From: Podarcis bocagei
Lineage: Eukaryota
Assembly (NCBI GenBank): GCA_964188305.1
Contig: OZ076897.1
DNA: 64,000 bases
Strand: one strand, 5' to 3'
Positions 1 through 11,100 of the stretch are shown here, one piece after another. The translations under genes were made by a program, and so were the position numbers. Positions within the stretch are counted from its first letter, which is position 1, and each line of letters begins with the position of its first letter. The notes beneath the pieces were generated by a model. The model ran no database searches and was not told where the DNA came from. It saw only the letters and a list, made by a program, of their open reading frames with translations.

Positions 1-307
1 GAATCATATTAAACTAATACATAGCTGCTTCATTAAATAGGTATTTCTCTTCCCATGCCCTATCAATCTTCCCACCCCCTTTCTCATATCATTTGTGAAT
101 AATATTTATTAAGAAGTGCATTTTTGGAAATGAAAAGGTGAACGTAGGAACTATTGGGTGGAATGGAGGAAAACACTGGCAATATGGGTAGCATTACGTC
201 CAGATTTCCCCCATTTTATTTTTTGGATGATTTTTGCCCAGACTTTGCTTCCAACCACAGTGTTCTGGGTATGTCGGGAAATTCCGGACGTCTGGCAACC
301 TTATATC

Positions 308-456
308 CAGTGCTTTTTTTCCCTTTAAAAAATGTTTAGGGGTACTCTCATTTTCCCACTCATATTGAAATACTGCCCCTCAATGAGGCCAAACTTAGAT
401 TCACAAAATGTTTAGGGGTATGCGTCCCCCTGCATCCCCCCAGAAAGAAACCACTG
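308..456. mobile_element. hAT-type MITE
   Basis: Imperfect TIRs CAGTGCTTTTTTT / AAAGAAACCACTG; perfect 8-bp TSD CTTATATC (300-307, 457-464). Confidence 0.85.
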
Positions 457-899
457 CTTATATCTGCACCTTGAAATATGGCTCAGTTTAAAATATCCAC
501 ATCGGCTTCTTCCTATATGGATGCACTTTATTCCTGTGTGCATCTGATCCCTTCCTCTCCGAGGCTCAGCTCTGCACGGGGACCTGCTGCCCCATTGTGC
601 ATCCTACTGCCTGAGGCCGTCGCCTCACTTTGCCCCCTGGGCTGAAGAGCAAGAGGGTGGAGGGCTCGGAGGCAGCTTCTTCCGAATACAAACACGTATG
701 TAGGACCACACCGTTAGGCTCCTACTCATCCACCGAGTTACTTCAGCTTCCGAAGCAGCCATTTAACGTTATGGGGGCTGCGGGGAACACACCTAATGAT
801 CTCATCCGCCATAGTTGTTTATGGATTAGGACCGCATGTTTTATTTTTTTATTTCCCCTCAAGGGGTACGTTTTAAACACTACGAAAGCAAGATTGCCT

Positions 900-2120
900 G
901 AGCGGCTTCCAAGGGCCGCGCACAGCGATTCATTCTTCCTCGGACCACGAAGGGATGTGGTTAAAAACGCCCCACATTGCCTCTCAAGCACCGTCGACGC
1001 CTATTCAGACAACCCCCTGAAGCAATTTATTCCCCCTCGCTCGATTTCTCTCGTGTTTGTGTGTTCTGTGTACTCAAGAGGGACTTTTACTTCTAAGCAG
1101 CAGCGTGCATGGGGCGGGGACGGGGAGGCAGCGCCGCCCTGCATGAAGGGCTCCCCTTGAGTGAGGAGGAGGAAGGTCGCGCCGTAAATCCCCCTCTGCC
1201 TCAGAAGAGAGAGAGAAGCGAGAGAGCCGCCTCGCCTTCGCGTCATCCCTCCGGCCCAGGAGGAGGAGGAGCCGCATTCCCGCGCCGATTGGTCGGCGCT
1301 GCTGCCAGTCGCGCAGGCGGGCGAGGGGCGCGGCCAAGCGTAGAGCCGGCTCGGCTCCCGGCGAGAGCAAAAAAGGAAGAAAAAAAAAAGCGGCCGGCCG
1401 AGTCAGGAGCCTCGTTGTGCTGCCGACGTCGACGGCAGAAGAAGGAACAGTGCCGGCTTGTAGTAGTAGTACCAGTACTATTATTCCTTCCAGCGCAGCC
1501 ACCCTCTCTCCTCCTGAGCCCTGCACCATGGAGGAGGAGCGGTCGGGGGAGCAGATGAGACCGCTACTCACAACGGTAACTGAAGAGCGGCGGGAGGAGG
1601 CGGGATGGCAGTTGGCGGTTGCGCGCGAGGGAGGGAGGGGGGGACGTGGAGGGAGGCGCTCGCGCCCCTTTATCTCTCCCGCCTTTCCCCTGGGCTGAGA
1701 GGCTCGGGCGGCCGTTGCTGCCGCCGCCGCCGCTGCGCCTCTTTGTGGGGGCGGAGCCCCACCGAGCGCCTCACTGGGCTCCCTGGCTCTGTGACGGGCA
1801 AGCGGCGCCGGATTAATGCCCGAGGAGGCGACACAAAGCCAGGCGCTCTTTTCTTTCCGGTCTCGAGTCTCCCCCTCACACACACAAACCGACAGGTGTC
1901 ACTTCGCGCTTCCTCTTTCCCCCCCTTCATCTCCGCAGCCAAACACTACTAACAACAACAACCACAGGAGCAATACTGTTGTGACACGTGGATGGAATTA
2001 AGACTTGAGGGGGGCGGGGGAGGCGGGCGGTTTTCTTGCTCATGGAAACATTTCGCTTCAGCATCATCTCCGCCGAATGAATCCTCCACTTGGCGCGTGT
2101 GAGGAAATGGAGGGAGGCGC
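900..2120 (+). promoter_or_regulatory. SLC4A7: CpG island / GC-rich promoter and 5' UTR of SLC4A7
   Basis: Dense CpG and high GC in an otherwise CpG-depleted, AT-rich window. GC box GGGGCGGGG at 1111-1119, inverted CCAAT (ATTGG) at 1288-1292. Encloses the first coding exon. Boundaries approximate. Confidence 0.85.
1528..1575 (+). CDS. SLC4A7: SLC4A7 first coding exon (MEAD-type N-terminus, [16 protein letters not shown])
   Basis: Kozak GCACCATGG; resembles mammalian [16 protein letters not shown]; donor ACG|GTAACT, phase 0. Confidence 0.93.
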
Positions 2121-5100
2121 GCGTCTCCTTCCTTTCCACAACCAGCTCCTGCTGGTCTGGGCTCATTGCTTTTGTTCAGGCAAGAGCTCTTGATAGGGTG
2201 AGGGGTGGGCAGAGAGGGAGGGGGAGGGGGGAGCCTGGTTCTTTGTTCGAAGCTCCCACTCCCTCCCTTCTCCCTCTTACCCTTCTAACATGCTCCCTTC
2301 ATTCGGGCTGGGAAGTGTCAAACGGGGTAAAGGAGGATACATAGTGGGCAGGCTGCAGCGGGTCAGGGCTGGCCTCTGCTGTCCTATGGGAACTAATAGT
2401 AATAGTAATAATAATAATAATAATATAAAAGGACATGTGTCCTGGGCACAGTGCAGCAGGCGAGGTAGGGGCATCTCCGGTGAGATGCCTTGCTTGCTTG
2501 CCTTCCGTCCTCCTGCTCCTCTTGAGTCCTTTGTGAGTGCAAACACATGGCTAACCCGAAGCAGCTCTTTTGTCCTCAGAGCTCAAGGAAGTGGCAGATA
2601 ACTCAGCAGTGATTCACTTTACTTCCTTTCATGGCTGGGGGTGAAATGAGGCGCAGTCTGTCTCTTCCCCGCCACCCCACCCTTCCCTGCTTTTTAAAGT
2701 GGTACTAGGGAAAAAAAACATTAGTGGTTCATCACAGATTTTTTTTTTTTGCCCCCTTGCGTTTTAGATGAGTTAGCCAGGATTTTTATTGAGTGTTTCC
2801 ATGACTTTGTCCTGCTGCTAAGGATGCGTTCATTCCCAAGGTTCCTTGGGACGGTGCCGGGGCAGATAATCTAGTTTCAAATGGCACTAGAAGATGGAGA
2901 GCTCTTCTGATAGCAAACGAAGTTAAGCGAGTGAACAACCTAGTGTAAAAGCTTTCCCTCTACATCATTTGGCTTGTTCACTGAAGAGTAATATGTATTA
3001 GTACCATGTGGCAAACAATTTAAGTACTGGATTTAACTTGATTGCTGCACATTAGGATCTACATCTACAGCAAATTGTTCGATACAATCTATGTAGAAAG
3101 GTGGTGATCTATTTTTTCGTTTTTCGGTAAAACAGTTGTGGTAGACTACATTATGGGTAGTATTGAGCTATGTATTAATTAGAGTATGCCTATTTAAATA
3201 AAAGTAAATAAATGTCAAATGTGTGGTTTTTCCACATTGGAGGTGGCATAATAAAAAATGCTAACTTGCGCAAAAGGCAGTAATAGAAAAAGAGTTATCA
3301 CTCCTGATCTATGATGAGGGGAACAAAAGTAGGGCTCCTAAGATCTCTTGGACAAAGAGTCAAGAGTCTTTAGCTTCAGGTTTGCCAACAGCCACAAACA
3401 AAGGGGGGGGGGAGCCACAGGATTTGTTCCTTTCCTGTGGTTAGTAGATGTCCTTAAATCCAAATACAGTAATGTCTGATCTTTTTGATATCCAGCTGTC
3501 ACACAGAAGTGACACTTGGAAACCATGCCAGGTTTTTTGCCTGGAGTGTATCTCTAAAAGTTACTTGCCCAGTTGTTTGCCAAGGCTTCTGGTGTGGAAA
3601 GACTCCACAGTTATAGCAGTTTTCATTTGGCAGGGATTCAGGTCTCTCATCTTAGCACTGCTTTCATTTATATACCACCTCTGCCCTCCACCTTGCCTCA
3701 TCTGAGTGTTGCTTGTAAGTGTCTGACAGCAGATAAGCAGAATGTTACTCTGGGAAGGGTAGTGTCTAAGAAAGGGAGGGTGCATTTGATCCGATTGCTG
3801 ATTCTGCAGTGGTTCCTTTGACCCTGTGGGTTCTTGCGCTCTTTGGCTATCCTCTCATGCTGAGTATGAGTGATCTGTTGCAAATATATTTTGTTTTGTT
3901 TTTGGTCATAATAGTTTTTGAGGGAATAATTTTGCATCTTTTGAATTCTTACAGATTACAGGAGGAGACGGTCGTTCCAGCTTCTTGAAGGAGGTGGGGG
4001 CCCATTAATCTTTTGAGTAGAGAAACGCATGACTACAAAAATTGAATTGCTGCATTTACTTTTAAGATATATTTCTACATAGGAGACTATGATATATTCA
4101 CTGAAAGATGCTAGAGAAGATTGGATTTGGTTTTACAATCATGGAGAGGGTTAATGGTCCCTGTTCTCATAAGCTTACATAGATTGTGGTCTGCCTAGTT
4201 CTCTTTTCCTGTCTGGGAAGAAAAGAGCACTCATTTATTTTAATATGAAAGTGTTTTTATAATGAAACGGATGTAGACCTGTGCGTATTTCCTTTTTGCA
4301 ACAATTAGCTCTTCAGCTACATGTAGTTCTAGAATGTTCAATTGCACCTACTTTTTTGCTTTGTGGCAATGATTTTTGATCAGGCCTTTTTTACCATTTA
4401 CAGTTTGAAGCACCACATACTGTATAGGTTTTCTGAACCTATCTGGAGGCTTTCACAGTAGTATTACAAGTACTAATAATACTTCACAGGTAATATTAAC
4501 CATTCTTCTCAGGCAACCTTTCTGTGGAATATGCCAGCATTAGTATTTAATGTTTTGCTAGAGGTTGGATCTGTGTTGATCTTCTGATGAAGCGTCTTGC
4601 ATGCTAACTTTTTGGAGGGTTTCCTATCGACTAATATGAAAATTCCTTGAAAGTAATAGGCAACATCACATTTTATCCGACACTTATGATAAATCATTAA
4701 GTGTGAATGCCCTAGGAAGACAAGCAAATCTTACTGCACCTTATACATATGTAGGATCCTGCATATTATAATCTACACATCTATAGCATCCTGAGTGCTT
4801 CTCAGAAATCTGTTCTTGGAAATCTGGAAGGGTATTTTTGGAACAGTTGAAATGAGCCTACAGCTTCCTACAGTATCTGTTGAGGGTCATATAATCAATC
4901 TTAAACTAACAAATCCACTAAAATAGCTTTAATTATTTATTACTATTCTCTTCTGCACTGATGATTCATGTAGGTGCATCTGTGTCCATGGTTGCAATTA
5001 GCTGTACCAGGTGGCTATTGGATATGAGAGAAAGGGGTGAACTTCACCCCATAGCCTACTAGTAAGCACAGCACTCGCCTCCTTTTGAGTTACCTGAAGT

Positions 5101-8100
5101 AGGTGGAACAAGGAAGGATGAACGTGCTGGAAAGAGGGTTCCTCTCTTTGCTTGCATGCTAATTTATTTTCTGTTCCGTTGGAGATTAAGAACATGAAAG
5201 AAACTAATAAGTGAACTAGATAATTTCCTAGCATTTAATGAACCTGAGATAAGGATGGAATTCTTCAGATTCTAATGTAGAACATTTCCCTCTGGTTTGA
5301 TCCAACACAATTACCATTTAATATTTCAAAAAGTCAAGCCTGCCTTTATATAGCTGTCTAAAAATGCAGTACTGAAATCTAATAAATGCAAGGCTATCCT
5401 GAAAAGGCAAGGAACTATATGTATTTGTGCAGTGCTATTTAGCTCTTGTTTATACAACTGAATATAGCTGGAATAGTCCCCCCACCAAAAAATATGATGA
5501 AAATACATTGGGTGAAATATTTTCTACCTGCTATTGCTCTGACTTCCCTGTATATGCATATTGTGCCTTGTGTTTTATTTTGTTAGCTAATAGTGGGACT
5601 GTTCATAGGATTTCACAGACGTGTGTGCCAGAAAAAAAGTCTTAACTCAAAATAGCTTGTACATATGGCTTCCTGCTATAGAATTACACAAACTTGTCAC
5701 CTGATGGCATTGTCCTTCATAAATCACATTCAGTCATTACTCCGTTATGAGGTTGGTTCTTCATCATTCTCACAGGAGTTAAGTATTTTGGCTTAAAACA
5801 TTTGGTTGCAATATTATCATAGATATTTTTTTAGTTCTTTTTATTGGCTCTTCCAAAAGCCAACTAAACTGAGGTTATGTACTTCATTAGCAATAACAAA
5901 TCTACTTGATTAGCCTGCTTCTAAACTAGTGAAAATAAGAAAGGGTATTAGCTGAGGACTTAATCAAGACACCTTTTGAATGAAACGTTTTGCTAAGCTG
6001 AATTTCATGGTTCCTGACAATAATTCTAACTTTATTTTGCACCTTGAGTGAGTTTTAGCTAACCTTGTAAGTAATTGTACACACAATTCTAGATAATATG
6101 CAGCTCTATAAAAAGTGTAAGAATGGGATTACAACTCCACATATGACACTGTGTGTATTGGTTTTATCTTGCTCAAGAGTTAGCTTGCAGATACCCCACT
6201 GAAAATAATGACAAAACTTAATATTGATTTGATGGCCTAGGTCTAGGACTACACTGAAGAGAATCATGTGATGGAATATTTTATAGTGCACAGAAGCTCT
6301 TATCTTAATAGAAGCAGGATAGATTAAAAAAAAAATCCTCAAATGAGATGCAGAGAAGAGAGGGGAATTAAGAAGGCTAATGCCAGGGAAGCCCTAAGAG
6401 GAGAGGCAGAGGAGAATAATAGCATCATCAATTCATTCAAATTCAGTACATAGGTCAAGGAGTTTTTTCTAATATAAGCACCTACCTAGCATTTCAGACT
6501 TTCTGATGACGATCCGATCTTTATTACATCCCATGGGGATTCTAAATTACTGGTAGTCCCTGCTAGGACAAGGCCTAATGCTCTGAAGTTCTCTTGATAG
6601 AGGTGTATAGCTACTTCCTTCTGCCTTTCTGAAAATATAAACTTCCTTATTGAGAATCTTTGAGAATTATTTCTTGCCTACAGAATTATTTGTTGTGTGT
6701 CTGTGTTTGCCTTAATTTTGTTGTTGATGCAGGGCTGGGGAGTGGGGAACTGATGGGACATGCAAAATAACAAAGAATTTCTTAGGTGAAGGACTAGGGC
6801 TTGCATAAAATGGTTAGAAACTGTTTGACCTGCCTAGTTAGATTCTGACAAGAGGTAGCTCAGAACAGTTTAGCTGCTGAAAACCTTTGAACAAAATTGC
6901 TCACTCATAATATGTTCCGTTCTACTTCTGTCATTTCTGACTTGGGTAATTTTGAGATGTGTTCTTGTTGTCCCCCCACCCCATCTCCTTTTTAAAATGA
7001 AGGCTGGGAGTGTCAGCTCAGGACTTCTAACATATTTGAATATGCCATTTACAAACACTTCCAAATAATGATATATCTCACCAAGTTGAAACATAGTTTA
7101 GAGGTGCCTCTGCTTCAGTGAGGATTTTTGTTGTTTATGGTTTAGTTTGCTTTTACAAATATAGGATGTTCTGTTGCAGAGGCACTAGAGGGCACTGCTC
7201 TCATATCTTGGTTAGAGAAATCCTGTGTTACGAAAATACACATAATATGTGGAAAGCCAGGGAGGACTTCATTTATAACATTTTAGGCTGTAATCTTATA
7301 CATAATTACCTGGGAATAAGCCCCATTGAACTCAGTTGGAGGTTTTAGATGAGCTGAGATGTAAGTAGTGAAGAAAGGAGAAATCATGAAGGAAGAATAT
7401 ACACAAATAGCCAAGGTAAGATGGGCCAGAGCTCAGAATGAACTCAGGCTTGCAAGAGAGGTTAGAACATGGGTAGGCAAACTAAGGCCCGGGGGCTGGA
7501 TCTGGCCCAATCCCCTTCTAAATCTGGCATGCAAATGGTCTGGGAATCAGTGTGTTTTTACATGAGTAGAATGTGCCCTTTTATTTAAAATGCATCTCTG
7601 GGTTATTTGTGGGGCATAGGAATTCGTTCTCCCCACCCCCAATATAGTCCGGCCCCCCACAAGGTCTGAGGGACAGTGGACCGGCCCCCTGCTGAAAAAG
7701 TTTGCTGACCCCTGGGTTAGAAATAAAAAAGGGTTTTGTGGCTATGTTCAAAGCAAGAGGAAGAACAATCAAGTATTAGGTCCCTTGCTTGGAGAAGATG
7801 GGGAAATGCTCACTAACTCGTTATCTTGGAAAAACTGACAAGTGGGGTGCCTCAGGGTTCTGTCCTAGGCCTGTTGTTCAAATTAATTATAAACAACTTG
7901 GATGAAGGAATTGAGGGGGTGCTCATCAAATTTGCAGATGACACCAAACTAGGAGGGGTAGCCAAAGCCGCTGAAGACATTATCTGGATTCAAGATGACC
8001 TTAACAGACTGGAGAACTGGGCCAAAATGAATTTCAAGAGGGACAGATGTCAGGTTCTACACTTAGGCAGGAAGAACCAGCTGCAAAAATATAAAATGGA

Positions 8101-11100
8101 GGTAGGTCCCTTCCAACTCTGTGATTCTGTGACATCTGGTTTATCAGTAGGACTTGTGAAAAGGATCTAGGGATCTTGGTAGATCACAAGTTTAACATGA
8201 ATCTATAGTAGGATGCTGCAGCAGCAGCAGCAACAACAACAACAAAACTAATGTTATTTTAAGCTGCATCAACAGAAGTATAGTGTCCTGACCAAGGGAA
8301 ATAACAGTCCTGCTCTATTCTGCCTTGGTCATACAGACCATACCTGGAGTACAGTCTCCAGTTTTGGGCACTACGATTTAAGAAGGATATTGACAAGCTG
8401 GAATGTGTGCAGAGGAGGTTGACCAAGATAATCCAGAGTCTGGAAACCAAGCCTTATGAGGAACAGTTGAGGGAGTTGGATCTGTTTAGCTTGGTAAAGA
8501 GGAGACTGAGAACATATATGATAGCAGCCTTCAAGTATCTAAAGAGCAGTCACATGGAGGATTGAGTGTTTTCTCCTGTTCTGGAGGCTAGGACCCGAAA
8601 TAATAGATTCAAGCTACAAGAATATACATTCTCACTAAACATAAGGAACAGGAAGAACTTTCTGTCACTAAGAGCTGTTCGACAGTAGAACAGTCTCCCA
8701 TGAGAAGTGGTGGACTCTTCATCCTTGGAGGTTTTTAAGCAGAGGCCGGATGGCCATCTGTCATGCATGATTTAGTTGAGATTCCTGCACAGGGATTTGG
8801 ACTAGATGACCCTCAGGGATCCCTTCCAGCTCTACAGTTTTGTGAGTCTCTGATTTGACTTCTGAGTACAGTTGTTCCTCCCTTTGCGTCTGGGATTTGT
8901 TCCGGAGCCCTGGATGCTCAATGAAAGGGACACTCAACAAAGTGCTGCTCTGCGCATGCGTGAAGCGTGATTTAGCACTTCTGCGCATGCGGCAAACCCG
9001 GAAGTACCCAGTTCCAGTACTTCTGGGTTTGCCACGGACGTTGGACGAAGTGGACCCTAAACGGGACAGACTCAAAACGAGGTACCACTGTAGATGTGTC
9101 AGATTACACCGCACACTTGGCACTCCTGAAGCTAGTATTTTGGTCATGGCAATAAGCCATACTTGTGAATAGATACAGCTATTCTTTTCTTCATATATAA
9201 AGCCTTCAGCGTGTTGTGGGGTACTTAAAGTGTGTGTGGACAGGATACACGGATCATACTTCAACTACAAATAAAACTTAACTAGTTTGACATCTATGGA
9301 AATTGAAGTGCACTTGTGCTAATAGCAGAAAGGGTGCTGCAACAGGTAATGAACCTAGGCAGTGATCTAGTTAGCACAGAAAGCCAAACCATGACTTAGC
9401 ATGAATGAGAATACATGCAGGTTGTTGGAGCAAAGTTTGCAGCCACAGTGCTCCTTCTGAGCCATGATTTGTCTTAGCATTGTGTTCAAACCCAGGCTTG
9501 TGGTTTGTACCTTCAGACAAACTCCAAGTGATAAGGCAAGAACAAACTTTTTTTACAGCTTGTGACTTGCTTGTCTCACTCCCAACATTCAGACGCAATG
9601 CTTTACCAAATCATGGCTTTTCCCTGGGTAGCATGAGAGCAGAACGGCTGAGCACAGAACACCTGAGCGAGGAGCAATTGAGCTTTGATCTTTGCTTCAG
9701 CAACCTGCACATTACTGCCAAACCCTGGTTTAGCTTAGTGTTAAGTGCAAGTGGGGTCATTGTGTTCTTTAAAATATCTGCTTGAGTATAAAATATGTGT
9801 TTGGAATGTGACTGGAAGCATATCACAGGCATTCAAATAGCTTTTGTATAATGATTCCAAATTATTACTTGCTTCTTTGTTTCTGGTACATATGGATGCG
9901 TGATGGTTCCTCTTCAGACTGTAGAGTTAAGTGTTGGTAGCAAAAATTAGGTGATTTAAAAATATTGCTTGATACTAATTCTTCATGAGCAATGGGATTC
10001 AATAGAATACAGTGGTGCCTCACAAGACGAAAAGAATCCGTTCTGTGAGTCTCTTCGTCTAGCGGTTTTTTCGTCTTGCGAAGCAAGCCCATTGACGGAT
10101 TAGCGCTATTAGCGGCTTTTAGCGGCTTATCGGCTTAGCGGATAAACGGATAAGCGGCTTAGCGGCTTAGAAAAAGGGGGGGAAAGGAAAAAAAACCTGC
10201 AGGAACTCGCAAGACATTTTCATCTTGCGAAGCAAGCCCATAGGAGATTCGTTTTCCGAAGCACCTCCAAAATGGAAAACTCTTTCGTCTAGCGAGTTTT
10301 CCGTCTTGCGAGGCATTCGTCTTGCGGGGCACCACTGTATTTAATACAGTGATGAACAGCATATGCAGTATTCTGGATTCAAAATATACTGAAATAAAGT
10401 CTCAAGGCTTGCTTCATATGATCTTCTAATGAGAGACCATTTATATGAATGTGAAAGTGTGTGTTTGTAATCAAGAAAAGAGGAATGCCTTGCTTCCATA
10501 GTTGGTCAGAATATCAGCAGGGTAAAAGATGCTTATTCTTGAGGCTAGCATTATGTTGCCAGGAGATTGAGAAAAGGAGCAGCTGACATTATCTGACAGT
10601 TCTTTTCCTTCAGCAGCTCTGATGATCTTCTTAAGAAAATAATTTATTGTTTGCTCTGGCAATAATCACTTTTGCCTAGTCAGGGGAGATTGTAGGAACA
10701 ATTAAGAACTGCACTCTTGTTTTCAAATTTTGAATGTCTGGTGAATGCATTTAGTTCATATGACACTTTGTATGACATTTAGATTAGTGCACAAAAGAAC
10801 ATGCTTGAAATTGAGGTCTAGAGTTGTACTCTGGTTCAGAGGAAAGCTTGGGATATACTATCAGCCATACTTCAGAGGCACACATTGTGAGTTGAGTTCT
10901 CTTTATTTTTACTGAGTGTAAAGCTAAAGTGGCACAGGCCTATGCTAAACAGAGTCTATTCCTAACTCCTGAAGTAGTAGTAGCTTAGTACAGTATGTTC
11001 TGTCACAGTGATGAAAGGAGGACCAAGCTGGAAATGCCAAAAAGTGCTTCTGCTGATTGACCTAGTTCTATAAGAACAAAATCTATTTGTTTCACTCTTT

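Noticed and set aside
1417-1527. In-frame GTG/CTG-initiated N-terminal extension of SLC4A7
   Set aside because: The frame is open, but ATG 1528 has a strong Kozak context and matches the known N-terminus; no support for upstream initiation.
630-1952. Long overlapping ORFs in the CpG island (e.g. 1074-1883 minus, 269 aa; 630-1160 plus)
   Set aside because: Low-complexity Arg/Pro/Ala/Gly translations expected from GC-rich, stop-poor DNA; no recognisable domain.
7826-8170. ORF with reverse-transcriptase motifs as a functional RT gene or novel system
   Set aside because: Short, deleted and stop-ridden CR1 relic.
10095-10170. Short repeated units resembling a CRISPR-like or telomeric array
   Set aside because: Degenerate 8-mers without spacers inside a MITE in vertebrate DNA.
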